A DNA stretch of 64,000 nucleotides, from the NCBI GenBank assembly GCA_014728075.1, contig WJMG01000091.1, forward strand, positions 13,181 to 77,180, written 5' to 3'. Made by a program: the position numbers and the translations under genes. This stretch comes from Candidatus Omnitrophota bacterium. Its GTDB lineage: Bacteria > Omnitrophota > Gorgyraeia > Tantalellales > Tantalellaceae. The stretch's first letter is position 1, and every line of letters begins with the position of its first letter. The notes under the pieces were generated by a model. That model saw only the letters and a program-made list of their open reading frames with translations. It was not told where the DNA came from and made no database searches. Shown here piece after piece: positions 23,587-33,106 of this stretch.

Positions 23587-26376
23587 ATGGCAAAAGAATA
23601 CATTTACATTAAGGGAGCGAGGGAGCATAACCTCAAGGATATCGAGACCAGTATCCCCAGGGGTGTTCTCTGCGTGGTGACCGGGCTTTCGGGCTCCGGA
23701 AAATCTTCCCTCGCGTTCGATACCATATATGCCGAGGGCCAGCGCAGGTATGTCGAATCGCTGTCGAGCTATGCCAGGCAGTTCCTGGAACGCCTGCAGA
23801 AGCCCCGTGTGGACCATATAGAGGGGCTGTCTCCGACCATAAGCATCGAACAGAGGGCAAGCGGAAGGAATCCCCGCTCTACCGTAGGAACACAGACGGA
23901 GATATTCGATTACCTGAGGATACTCTTCGCCCGTGTGGGCATACAGCACTGCCCGGTTTGCGGAAAGCCCATATCCGGACAAAGTTCGCAGCAGATCGTG
24001 GACAACATACTGGACATGGAAGAAGGTACGCGCATAATGCTCCTCGCCCCGCTTGTTCAGGGGAGAAAAGGCGAGCATCTTGAATTGATGAAAAAGGCAA
24101 GGCAAGAAGGGGTTATCAGGCTTCGTGTAGACGGCGAGATAGCGGAGATAAGCGACAGGATACCCGATCTTAACAAGAAGGTCAAACATTCCATCGAAGC
24201 CGTTATAGACCGGATGGTCGTTAAAAAGGGGATAAGGACAAGGCTTTCGGACTCCGTTGAAACGGCTCTGCGCATGGGAGGGGGAGTAGTGATCGTTTCT
24301 CCCGCCGAAAGCCAAAAGAGATCCGGCGGTGATATATTGTTCAGCGAACAGAACGCCTGCGTGGATTGCGGTATAAGTTTTGACAAGCTCGCTCCCAGGA
24401 ATTTTTCCTTTAACAGCCCTTACGGGGCCTGCCCCGTCTGTAACGGGCTCGGGAACAAACAGGAGATCGATACCGGACTGCTCGTGAAAGACCCTTCGGA
24501 GCCGCTGATACGGGCCATAATCCCCTGGAAAAGGGGCGGTAAGGGAATGGTCCTTCATTTCAGGCGGCGGATACGGCGCCTTGCCAGGTATCACGGGTTC
24601 GATTTTAACACGCCCTGGGAAGATCTTGACGATGAGCTTCGCCGGATGGTCCTGTACGGGGATGAAGAGTCCGGTTTTGAAGGCGTTATCCCCAATCTGG
24701 AAAGGCGTTTTCAGCAGACAGACAGCGATTTCATGAAGGAGCTCATCGGATCGTTCATGTCGGAACAGCCATGCCCGGAATGCGGCGGTGACCGCCTCAG
24801 GAAAGAATCCCTGTCGGTATATGTGGACGGAAAGAATATCGCGGATATAGGAAGGATGTCGATCAAGCAGGCGAAGGAGTACTTTTCCTCGCTGAAACTT
24901 ACGGGGACTCAAAAGAAGATCGCCGAAGAGGCTCTCAAGGAGATCTGCGCCAGGCTCGATTTTATGGTGAATGTCGGCCTGAACTACCTTACGCTCGACC
25001 GTAAAAGCAATACTCTTTCCGGGGGGGAAGACCAGAGGATACGCCTTGCCACTCAGATCGGAGCCGGACTGGTCGGAGTGCTGTATGTGCTGGACGAGCC
25101 GAGTATAGGGCTTCACCAGAGGGATAACCGCAAACTTCTCGATACGCTTACGGCCCTGCGGGACCTGGGTAATTCCCTTATAGTGGTAGAGCACGACGAG
25201 GAGACGATAAGGTCGGCTGACCATATAATCGACCTGGGGCCGGGAGCGGGTGAACACGGCGGGAAAATAATAGCCCAGGGAAATATCGATGAGATCCTCG
25301 CGAGCAAAAGGTCCCTTACCGGTAAGTATCTAAGGGGCGAGATCAAGATCGAAGTGCCCGGTAAGAGGCGCAAGCCCCCCGGCGGAAATTATTTAGAGGT
25401 AAAGGGCGCCGCGGAGCATAATCTCAGGAACATAAATGTCAAGTTCCCGCTGGGCGTATTTAACTGCGTAACCGGTGTTTCAGGGTCGGGTAAAAGTACG
25501 CTGATCGACGAGATACTTTACAGGGCGCTTGCCAGAGAGCTTTACAGGGCCAAACAGACCCCCGGGAAACACAAAGCCATCAAGGGTATGGAAAACATCG
25601 ATAAGGTCATAGTGATCGACCAGGCCCCTATCGGAAGGACACCCCGGTCGAACCCCGCCACATATACGGGGGCGTTCGATCCCATAAGGAAACTTTTCAG
25701 CGGGCTTCCCGAATCCAGGCTGAGGGGATACAAGCCCGGCAGGTTCAGTTTCAATGTCAAAGGAGGCAGGTGTGAGGCCTGCCGCGGTGACGGGGTAAAA
25801 AAGATAGAGATGCATTTTCTTCCCGATGTTTATGTCCAGTGCCAGGTCTGCGGAGGACGGCGGTTCAACGACCAGACGCTCGAGGTCGCTTACAAAGGGT
25901 ATAATATCTCTGATATACTTGACCTGAGCGTGGAAGAGGCCCTTAAGGTCTTTGAGAACATACCGCCTGTGGAGGCCAGGCTCAGGACGCTTTACGATGT
26001 GGGTCTGGGCTATATAAAACTCGGGCAGCCCGCGACAACCCTTTCCGGAGGGGAGGCACAGCGCGTAAAACTTTCCACGGAGCTTTCCAGGACGGCTACT
26101 GGGAAGACCCTTTATATACTTGACGAGCCTACAACAGGCCTTCATTTCGCCGATATACACAAGCTTCTCGATGTCCTTCACCGGCTGGTCGATTCGGGGA
26201 ATACCGTTCTGGTCATCGAGCACAATCTGGATGTTATTAAGTCCGCGGACCATATCATAGACCTGGGGCCCGAAGGCGGGGACCAGGGGGGCAAGCTGGT
26301 CGCCTGCGGGACTCCCGAGGAAATAGCCGCCGAAAAGGCTTCGTACACGGGCAAATATCTCAGTGAAGTGCTTTGA
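23587..26376 (+). CDS. uvrA: Excinuclease ABC subunit A
   Basis: 929 aa with two ABC ATPase modules ([10 protein letters not shown]; [10 protein letters not shown]) and zinc-finger cysteines. Confidence 0.95.
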   Translation: MAKEYIYIKGAREHNLKDIETSIPRGVLCVVTGLSGSGKSSLAFDTIYAEGQRRYVESLSSYARQFLERLQKPRVDHIEGLSPTISIEQRASGRNPRSTVGTQTEIFDYLRILFARVGIQHCPVCGKPISGQSSQQIVDNILDMEEGTRIMLLAPLVQGRKGEHLELMKKARQEGVIRLRVDGEIAEISDRIPDLNKKVKHSIEAVIDRMVVKKGIRTRLSDSVETALRMGGGVVIVSPAESQKRSGGDILFSEQNACVDCGISFDKLAPRNFSFNSPYGACPVCNGLGNKQEIDTGLLVKDPSEPLIRAIIPWKRGGKGMVLHFRRRIRRLARYHGFDFNTPWEDLDDELRRMVLYGDEESGFEGVIPNLERRFQQTDSDFMKELIGSFMSEQPCPECGGDRLRKESLSVYVDGKNIADIGRMSIKQAKEYFSSLKLTGTQKKIAEEALKEICARLDFMVNVGLNYLTLDRKSNTLSGGEDQRIRLATQIGAGLVGVLYVLDEPSIGLHQRDNRKLLDTLTALRDLGNSLIVVEHDEETIRSADHIIDLGPGAGEHGGKIIAQGNIDEILASKRSLTGKYLRGEIKIEVPGKRRKPPGGNYLEVKGAAEHNLRNINVKFPLGVFNCVTGVSGSGKSTLIDEILYRALARELYRAKQTPGKHKAIKGMENIDKVIVIDQAPIGRTPRSNPATYTGAFDPIRKLFSGLPESRLRGYKPGRFSFNVKGGRCEACRGDGVKKIEMHFLPDVYVQCQVCGGRRFNDQTLEVAYKGYNISDILDLSVEEALKVFENIPPVEARLRTLYDVGLGYIKLGQPATTLSGGEAQRVKLSTELSRTATGKTLYILDEPTTGLHFADIHKLLDVLHRLVDSGNTVLVIEHNLDVIKSADHIIDLGPEGGDQGGKLVACGTPEEIAAEKASYTGKYLSEVL

Positions 26377-26528
26377 TCTCCGGTATTTTGGTATTTGCGC
26401 TGCCCCTGCCGGCCGCTTTAAAAATACCTTGATGGCGGCTCTCTATTTTGATAGCATATATGTTATAATTATGACTTATAACCTAAACTAAGCGATCGTC
26501 CCGCGAGTTTGCGCGAAAAACCGTCTAG

Positions 26529-28970
26529 ATGAAGAAAATTTTTCTGCTTATACCGCTTGTTGCTTTAATGGCAGCATGTCCTTTATCGGCCGAAGACGCG
26601 GTTTACAGGTCTGATATGGATTTTGCCCGGAAAGCCATAAAGGACGGATTTTACGATCTGGCGGAGAACAAGTTGAATTCCGTGCTTCTGTCCGAGATCC
26701 CCCGTGATATGCAGGCGGAAGCTCATCTGTTGCTGGGAAGGGTATACCTGGAGAAAGGCCTTTCCACTAAAGCTCTTACCGAGTTCAATTTCGTTATAGG
26801 CCGGGATGTAAGTGAAGACTTTCTTGCCGCGGCTACTTACTGGGCAGCGGAGGTCTATTTCAGGGAAGGCGAATTCGAACAGGCTCTTTCGTATTATCAG
26901 TCGGTTATCGAGGATTTCCCTTCCAGCGAATATGTAAAGTATTCGTATTTTTCACAGGCCTGGTGTTACGAGGAAATGGCGGAATACGAACTTGCCCTTG
27001 AGGTGTTTGGTGATATTTTGGAGCTTTATCCGCACAGCAGCCTGGCCCTTGACGCCAAATATAAAATAGCGGAAGTGCTTTACAGTTCCGGAGAACTCGA
27101 TCGCGCCAAGGTACATCTCAGGGAATTCGCGTCGGCTTACCCGGTCAGCGAGAAGATATTCGATGTGTATTACATGCTGGCGGATGCGCAATACAGGACC
27201 GGCGAATACCTGTTGAGCATAAACAACGCGAAGAAAGCCGTAAAAGGAGGGGTCGGTGCCCCCTGGCGCGCGCAGGCCGAATATATGATCGCAACGGCCC
27301 TTCTGCGTTCGGGCAACGCTTCAGAAAGCGAGAGCTGGTTCAGGAAAGCCGCTTCGGACTCAAAGGACCCGGAGATCACCGCCGCCGCTCAGATGGGGAT
27401 AGCGCGCATTAACATGGAAAAAGGGGATCCGGAAAAGGCCGCGGAGGCCGCCAGGACCGTGGTGGAGGAGATACCCGGGAACAAGTGGACCGATGACGCT
27501 TATCTGATGTTAGGCGAAGCCTGTTCGGCTACCGGAAGGCACGGGCGCGCGGCCGAAGTTTACGAAACAGCCATAGAGGCTCTTCCGGGGGCGGAGCTCT
27601 CCGGTGAGTTCCATTATAACCTGGCCTGGGCATATCTTTCTGACGGCCGCGAGGAAGACGCTCTTGAGGCGTTCGACAGGACCGTCGAGGAGGCGGACGG
27701 GGAAGAAATAGTGGCCAGTGCTCTTTGCAGTATCGGCGACATACTCCAGGGAAGGGGCGAGTTCTACAGGGCAGTGGATGTTTACGACAGGGTGCTGAGG
27801 GATCATCCCAAAAGCCTCCTGGCCGACCACGCTCAGTACCAGGTCGGTTCCATTATGAAAGAAGAGCGCAGGTTCGATTCGGCGATCCTGGCCTTCCGTT
27901 CACTGCTGGTAAATTTCCCGTCATCTCCGCTTAAGGATAAAGCTGTTTTTCAGCTGGGACAGTTGTATTTTGCCAGGGGCGATTTCAAGGGAGCGGCGGA
28001 GCAGTTCAGGCTTCTTCGGGAGGAGTACCCCAAAAGCAGGCTGGCTGAAGAAGCGCATATGCAGGAAGCGATAGCTCTTTACAACGCAGGGGAATACCCC
28101 GAAGCGATAAAAAGATATAATGCCATTATCGCGTCTTCTCCCGGTGAAGACATGGCCCTCCGGGCAAGATATAACCTGGGGTGGGCTTATTTCAAGACCG
28201 GTAACGAAGCCAGGGCCCTTGAAATTTTTAACAGGATACTTAACGAGACCTCCGATCCCAGGTTCGCCCCGGGGATCAAACTGTGGTTCGGGGAATATTA
28301 TTACGGCAAGGGGGATTTCGATAAAGCCGGACGCTATTTTTCCGAGGTTACGGCGGAATACCCCGATACGAAATACGCCGAAGAAGCTTCCTACTGGCTG
28401 GGATGGGCCCTTAACGACTCCGGGAGCACCGGCAAAAGCATCGAGCATTTCCGCAAAGTCCTGGAAGAGATGCCGCGAAGCGGGCGGGCGCCGCAGATAG
28501 TGCTTACGCTCGGGGACATCTACAGAAAGAACGGGGAGCATCACCGCGCGATCTCCATGTATAAAAGGCTTTTAAGGGATTATCCCGAAAGCGGCATAAC
28601 CAACATCGCGAATAACCGTATCGGTATGATCTACAAGGAACAGGGGAAATTCGACCTGGCCATAGATTATTTCCGTACTTCGATCACGGGTTCAAATACA
28701 GAGACCAACGCCCAGATACAGTTCGATATCGCGGAATCACTGGAAATGTCCGGCCGTGTGGATGACGCCATCGAGGAATACCTCAAGGTGGAATACAAGT
28801 ATCCCGCGGGGGAATACTGGGTCATGAGGGCCCATTACAAATGTGCCCGGCTTCTCGAGCTTACGGGAAGACCGGAAAGGGCGCTTAAGCTTTACCGGAA
28901 ACTTGCCGACGGTGAAGGCCGTGAGGCGGCTTTCGCCGAGGAAAAACTGAAACTTTTGAAGCAACGATAA
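26529..28970 (+). CDS. Secreted tetratricopeptide-repeat protein (multi-TPR, YbgF/CpoB-like repeats)
   Basis: A signal peptide (MKKIFLLIPLVALMAACPLSA) is followed by many TPR units with a repeating A/Y/L pattern. The gene sits upstream of exbB/exbD/tonB. Confidence 0.7.
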   Translation: MKKIFLLIPLVALMAACPLSAEDAVYRSDMDFARKAIKDGFYDLAENKLNSVLLSEIPRDMQAEAHLLLGRVYLEKGLSTKALTEFNFVIGRDVSEDFLAAATYWAAEVYFREGEFEQALSYYQSVIEDFPSSEYVKYSYFSQAWCYEEMAEYELALEVFGDILELYPHSSLALDAKYKIAEVLYSSGELDRAKVHLREFASAYPVSEKIFDVYYMLADAQYRTGEYLLSINNAKKAVKGGVGAPWRAQAEYMIATALLRSGNASESESWFRKAASDSKDPEITAAAQMGIARINMEKGDPEKAAEAARTVVEEIPGNKWTDDAYLMLGEACSATGRHGRAAEVYETAIEALPGAELSGEFHYNLAWAYLSDGREEDALEAFDRTVEEADGEEIVASALCSIGDILQGRGEFYRAVDVYDRVLRDHPKSLLADHAQYQVGSIMKEERRFDSAILAFRSLLVNFPSSPLKDKAVFQLGQLYFARGDFKGAAEQFRLLREEYPKSRLAEEAHMQEAIALYNAGEYPEAIKRYNAIIASSPGEDMALRARYNLGWAYFKTGNEARALEIFNRILNETSDPRFAPGIKLWFGEYYYGKGDFDKAGRYFSEVTAEYPDTKYAEEASYWLGWALNDSGSTGKSIEHFRKVLEEMPRSGRAPQIVLTLGDIYRKNGEHHRAISMYKRLLRDYPESGITNIANNRIGMIYKEQGKFDLAIDYFRTSITGSNTETNAQIQFDIAESLEMSGRVDDAIEEYLKVEYKYPAGEYWVMRAHYKCARLLELTGRPERALKLYRKLADGEGREAAFAEEKLKLLKQR

Positions 28971-28984
28971 ACCATCGACGGTAA

Positions 28985-29632
28985 ATGTCAGGAGGGAGAA
29001 TGTGGGAACTTGTAATTAAGGGCGGGCCTTTGATGTTCTTGATAATACTATGTTCGGTCATAGCGGTAGCCGTGCTGATCGAGAGGTTGTGGTATCTTCA
29101 CAACGCCCGGATAAATACCGCTGATTTTATGGAGGATATATCCGAGACATTGCGACGGAACAAGGTGCTGGACGCTATCGATAAATGTAACGCGATGCCG
29201 GGTCCCATAGCCCGTATATTGAAAGCGGGGATCCTGAAGCACGACAGGTCGAGGGTCGAGATCAAGGAAGCGATCGAGGACGCGGGCCTTCACGAAGTGC
29301 CCCGCCTTGAAAGTAACCTGGGTGTACTGGCGACCATAGCCCATATATCCCCGCTCCTGGGCCTGCTGGGCACCGTTACGGGGATGGTAAGGTCCTTTCA
29401 GGTGATAGAGCAGAAAGCTACGGCTCTCATGCCGGTGAACCCCGGTGATCTCGCCGGAGGCATATGGGAAGCTCTTATTACTACCGTCGCGGGACTTGCC
29501 GTGGCTATCCCTACTTATGTGGCCTATAACTTTCTGGTAAGCAAAGTAGACGGTTTCGTGCTGGAGATGGAGAAGAGCGCAACGGACCTGGTTAACATAC
29601 TAGGGGCCAAGAGAGAAGAAGATGAAGTTTAA
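28985..29632 (+). CDS. exbB: MotA/TolQ/ExbB proton-channel family protein
   Basis: Three TM segments and the conserved IAHISPLLGLLGTVTGM...AIPTYVAYNF pattern. Confidence 0.85.
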   Translation: MSGGRMWELVIKGGPLMFLIILCSVIAVAVLIERLWYLHNARINTADFMEDISETLRRNKVLDAIDKCNAMPGPIARILKAGILKHDRSRVEIKEAIEDAGLHEVPRLESNLGVLATIAHISPLLGLLGTVTGMVRSFQVIEQKATALMPVNPGDLAGGIWEALITTVAGLAVAIPTYVAYNFLVSKVDGFVLEMEKSATDLVNILGAKREEDEV

Positions 29633-30014
29633 ACGGAAAACCTTTCTGGAAAAAGGCAGGCTCGATATAGCGCCTCTTATAGATGTGGTGTTTCTGCTGC
29701 TTATTTTCTTCATGCTTACTTCCAGCTTTATTTTTCAGCCCGGTATACGGGTCAACCTTCCTAAAGCGGTGACCAGCGAGGTCCTTCACAGGGAGGTAAT
29801 GGTGGTTACGGTCACGGAGGATAATACCGTGTTTATCGACGAAAGGCCGGTGGAGGGTGAAGAGCTGCTTTCCCGGATAACGGCCGCGGGGAAAAGTTCC
29901 CAGCCGCTGCTCATAAAAGCGGACCAGCAGGCCGATCTCGGCAAAGTGATCGAGATATGGGACCTTTGCCGTCAGGTTGACATAAAACAGATAAACATCG
30001 CTACGACCCAGTAA
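29622..30014 (+). CDS. exbD: ExbD/TolR biopolymer transport protein
   Basis: 130 aa with an N-terminal TM segment (IAPLIDVVFLLLIFFM) and an ExbD periplasmic domain. Confidence 0.85.
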   Translation: MKFKRKTFLEKGRLDIAPLIDVVFLLLIFFMLTSSFIFQPGIRVNLPKAVTSEVLHREVMVVTVTEDNTVFIDERPVEGEELLSRITAAGKSSQPLLIKADQQADLGKVIEIWDLCRQVDIKQINIATTQ

Positions 30015-30025
30015 AAGGGTTCTTT

Positions 30026-30727
30026 ATGCCTATATCAAGGACGCTACGAACTGCTATTCTTATCTCCGTGGGAGTACACCTGGCGGGAATGTCAGCGGTC
30101 GAGATCATTACTCCGGAAGGCCTTGAGAGGATCAAGCCTTTTACCCAGGTGGATTTTCTCGGGCCTATACTTAAAAAGACAGCGTTCGAGATAATGATAG
30201 AGCATTCCGAACCCGGGTTCTCAACAGCTTACGGGGAGTTCTCGGCGGCCCCGGCGGGCGGATACTTGAAGGTCGCCACGCCCAGGCGTAAATTCTCGGT
30301 CGAGAGGTATCCCGGATATTTCGGCATATCTCCGGCAGCGGGTGTTTTCGATTTTCTTTCCGGGAGCAAGAGCCTTCCGGATATGATGCTTTCCAGGCCA
30401 ATGCTCGGGGAGCCGGCGGTCCCGCGGACCGGGCCCTTATCCGGAGGCTCTTCCGCCGAAAGGCAGGTGGTTCACAGGCCCGAACAGCCCAATCTTCTCA
30501 GGGGGCTTTACGGGAATGAAGCCGGTTTCGCGGTGAGGTTCAGGGTGCTGGTGGATCGTGCGGGTAATGTAAAGATGGCGGAGCCTTTGACCACTACAGG
30601 GTTCCCCCAGCTTGACCTTAAAGCGGCCGAATATGTTAAGAGCTGGATCTTCGCTCCGGCTAACACAACAGAGCCGGGAGAGGAGTGGGTAGAAGTTGAG
30701 GTCCTCCTTGAAACGGGAGGAAGATAG
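30026..30727 (+). CDS. TonB-family energy transducer (C-terminal TonB domain)
   Basis: An N-terminal TM segment, a Pro-containing linker and the C-terminal sequence RVLVDRAGNVKMAEPLTTTGFPQLDLKAAEYVKSWIFAPA typical of the TonB CTD. Confidence 0.6.
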   Translation: MPISRTLRTAILISVGVHLAGMSAVEIITPEGLERIKPFTQVDFLGPILKKTAFEIMIEHSEPGFSTAYGEFSAAPAGGYLKVATPRRKFSVERYPGYFGISPAAGVFDFLSGSKSLPDMMLSRPMLGEPAVPRTGPLSGGSSAERQVVHRPEQPNLLRGLYGNEAGFAVRFRVLVDRAGNVKMAEPLTTTGFPQLDLKAAEYVKSWIFAPANTTEPGEEWVEVEVLLETGGR

Positions 30728-30985
30728 ATGGTCAAACTGGATATTTCAATGGCCCTGTTCTTTTACCTGCTTTTTACCGCGGTCTTTATGCTTATTGTCT
30801 GGTCCTTCTTCGATCTGGGCACCGGGCTTAAAAGCTACGGGTCCGATGAAAAATATATCTGGCATTGCCCGATATGCGCTTATAATTATATCGACAGCCG
30901 GAACGAGGAGATCTCGGTATGCCCGAGGTGCAAAAGCTATAATCAGCGGGTAGATAAAGAAAAGATCCTCAAGGATAAAGCGTAG
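30728..30985 (+). CDS. Small membrane protein with C-terminal CxxC...CxxC zinc-ribbon
   Basis: 85 aa with a TM helix (ALFFYLLFTAVFMLIVWSFF) followed by CPICAY...CPRCKSY. Its start abuts the tonB-like stop. Confidence 0.4.
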   Translation: MVKLDISMALFFYLLFTAVFMLIVWSFFDLGTGLKSYGSDEKYIWHCPICAYNYIDSRNEEISVCPRCKSYNQRVDKEKILKDKA

Positions 30986-31019
30986 ATCAGATTTTGACCT
31001 TAAGCCAAAAGGAGGTAAA

Positions 31020-31226
31020 ATGATAACCAAGATAGGTCTGGCGGCGGGAGATATATGGAATTATCTGGAGAAAAAACACGGTTCTTCTTCTTTCAGCGAG
31101 ATAGTGGAAGGGTTGGGTCTCAAAAAAGAACTTGCGCTCATGAGCCTCGGCTGGCTGGCCCGGGAAGGGCATATCGTCCTTGATACGGAAGACGAGGATT
31201 TTCTTGTAAGGCTCAACAAAAAATAA
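31020..31226 (+). CDS. Small winged-helix protein (DUF2582-like)
   Basis: 68 aa with ...LALMSLGWLAREGHIVL..., which resembles the conserved LGWLAREGKI motif of the small wHTH family. A strong AAAGGAGGT RBS is present. Confidence 0.5.
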   Translation: MITKIGLAAGDIWNYLEKKHGSSSFSEIVEGLGLKKELALMSLGWLAREGHIVLDTEDEDFLVRLNKK

Positions 31227-31236
31227 GGAGATCGCC

Positions 31237-31551
31237 ATGGAAGAGATGATCTATGAACCGGCGGTGGCGGAAGACGAGAGACTCGTAGGCGGGGAAGGGT
31301 CCGTAGCGGAAGCGGTTCCTATAAAACCACCGCTCAGGGTCGTGGACCACAGGACTATCAATAAGAAATTCGGATGGTGGGCGGCCGTTGTAATGATCGA
31401 GAGTTACGCCAAGAAACAGGTCTGTTTTTATCTGTGGCAGAAAAAGGACGGTACTTGGAAAAGAAAACAGAAGTTCGGGATCCATTCAAAGTCTGACTGG
31501 AAAAAGATGAAGGAGGCGGTGGATTCTTTCGCGGAAGAACTCGATGATTAA
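31237..31551 (+). CDS. Hypothetical protein
   Basis: 104 aa with an acidic N-terminus and a basic, Trp-rich C-terminus (KKFGWWAAVVMIESYAKKQVCFYLWQKKDGTWKRKQKFG). There is no recognisable family. An AAGGAG RBS is present. Confidence 0.35.
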   Translation: MEEMIYEPAVAEDERLVGGEGSVAEAVPIKPPLRVVDHRTINKKFGWWAAVVMIESYAKKQVCFYLWQKKDGTWKRKQKFGIHSKSDWKKMKEAVDSFAEELDD

Positions 31552-31574
31552 CTTCGTTCGGGAAAGGTTTGTTT

Positions 31575-31650
31575 TGGTGGAGCTAAGGGGGATCGAACCC
31601 CTGACCTCCTGATTGCGAACCAGGCGCTCTCCCAGCTGAGCTATAGCCCC
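31575..31650 (-). tRNA. tRNA-Ala (anticodon CGC), CCA encoded
   Basis: The reverse complement is GGGGCTATAGCTCAGCTGGGAGAGCGCCTGGTTCGCAATCAGGAGGTCAGGGGTTCGATCCCCCTTAGCTCCACCA. It folds as a cloverleaf with the G3:U70 Ala identity pair, the anticodon loop TTCGCAA (anticodon CGC) and GTTCGATCC in the T-loop. Confidence 0.85.
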
Positions 31651-31720
31651 ACCGAAGTTTTAATATTATAACATTTATCAGTAAGGTGTAAACAGAAAAC
31701 TAAAAAGATATTTTTGGAGA

Positions 31721-32206
31721 ATGATGAAAAGCAGCCCGGTAAAAGCAGTTTTAACCGCCTTGATGATGTGCGCGGTACTTTCGCCCGTTGCGCCGTGTTT
31801 CGCGGACAGCGGCCCTATACGCGTTAAGCTTGAGGTGATAGGGGACTGGCGGATAAACAGGGAAGTGGAAAGTTTCCTCGAGACATACATCGCTTCCTGC
31901 GAAGGGGTCGAGGTGGTCGATTCGGCCCCGAGGGTCTACATACATGTTATAGCGCGGGGAATAGATACGAATAAAGGAAGGCGCCTTGGTTATGTAATGG
32001 CTTCAGCAAGTTCGGAAATAATGGAAATGGTCCTGGACAGCGGCCGGGAACGGGTAATTACCGACTATAACGGCCTCTGGATGGAAACCGGACCGGATCT
32101 CCGCAAGCTTTGTGAACAATGCGCCGTGGCCATAGACGCCGGGGTTTTCGATAAATACAGGGCCGAAGTTGTTTCCGCGGGGCCCGGAACGGAAGAGGAA
32201 AGATGA
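31721..32206 (+). CDS. Hypothetical secreted protein
   Basis: A signal peptide (MMKSSPVKAVLTALMMCAVLSPVAPCFA) is present and no known domain was recognised. Confidence 0.4.
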   Translation: MMKSSPVKAVLTALMMCAVLSPVAPCFADSGPIRVKLEVIGDWRINREVESFLETYIASCEGVEVVDSAPRVYIHVIARGIDTNKGRRLGYVMASASSEIMEMVLDSGRERVITDYNGLWMETGPDLRKLCEQCAVAIDAGVFDKYRAEVVSAGPGTEEER

Positions 32207-33069
32207 AAGGAAGCTTCAAACGGAAAAGAATAGCGGTTTTGCTGATAGGCGCGGTGTTTTGCGCCTGTGCCGCCGGTTGCGGCGGAAAGGACCCCGGCGA
32301 TGAGGTCATAGCCTCCGTGGGGAACACCCGGATAACGGTGAACGATTTTAACGAAAGGGTCTCTAACCTTCCTCCGCGGTATCAGAGAATAGCAAAAGCG
32401 CGTAAAGGCCAGTTCCTGCAGGAGTTGATCACGGACATTCTGCTTTATAACGCCGCCCTCGAGAAGGGAGTGGACAAGGACAGGGAAGTCCGGAAAATGG
32501 TGGAGGAGGCGAAGAAAAAAATACTGATAGCCAGGCTGCTTAAAGACGAGGTTAACGAAGCCGTTACCATCACCGACGAGGAAGTGGAGGAGTATTACCT
32601 GAGTAATCCGGTAAGGTACATGACCCCCGAGATATTAAGGGCATCCCACATCCTTCTGCTGAACAAGGATGACGCGGAAGAAGCCGTCAGGGCTCTGGAT
32701 GCAGGCGTGCCTTTCGAGGAAGTGGCCAGGGCAAAATCGGTGGACCCGACCGCGCAGAACGGCGGTGATATAGGTTATTTTCCCAGAGGCCAGCTCATGC
32801 CGGAATTCGAAAAAGCCTGCGCCGGTCTCGAGGTGGGTCAGGTTTCCGGCATAGTCCGTACCAGTCTGGGATACCATATAATCAAACTTACCGACCGGCG
32901 GGATCCCGTGTTGAGACCCCTGGAGCAGGTCGAGGATTCCATCCGCGCCAGGATCGCCGCCAGGAAGAGAAGCGAAGCTTTCAGTTCTCTTCTCGCGGAA
33001 CTTAAGCGGGATACGGAAGTTAAGATAAACGAAGAAGCTTTATCTATGGACCCGGAAAAAGAAAAGTAA
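32203..33069 (+). CDS. Peptidyl-prolyl cis-trans isomerase, SurA/PpiD-like parvulin lipoprotein
   Basis: A lipobox (AAGCGG), a SurA N-terminal-like region and a parvulin domain (ASHILL...GGDIGYFPRGQLMPEF) are present. Confidence 0.75.
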   Translation: MKGSFKRKRIAVLLIGAVFCACAAGCGGKDPGDEVIASVGNTRITVNDFNERVSNLPPRYQRIAKARKGQFLQELITDILLYNAALEKGVDKDREVRKMVEEAKKKILIARLLKDEVNEAVTITDEEVEEYYLSNPVRYMTPEILRASHILLLNKDDAEEAVRALDAGVPFEEVARAKSVDPTAQNGGDIGYFPRGQLMPEFEKACAGLEVGQVSGIVRTSLGYHIIKLTDRRDPVLRPLEQVEDSIRARIAARKRSEAFSSLLAELKRDTEVKINEEALSMDPEKEK

Positions 33070-33106
33070 GCGTTTTAACGATACAACATGAAGGGAGGGA
33101 TATAAC

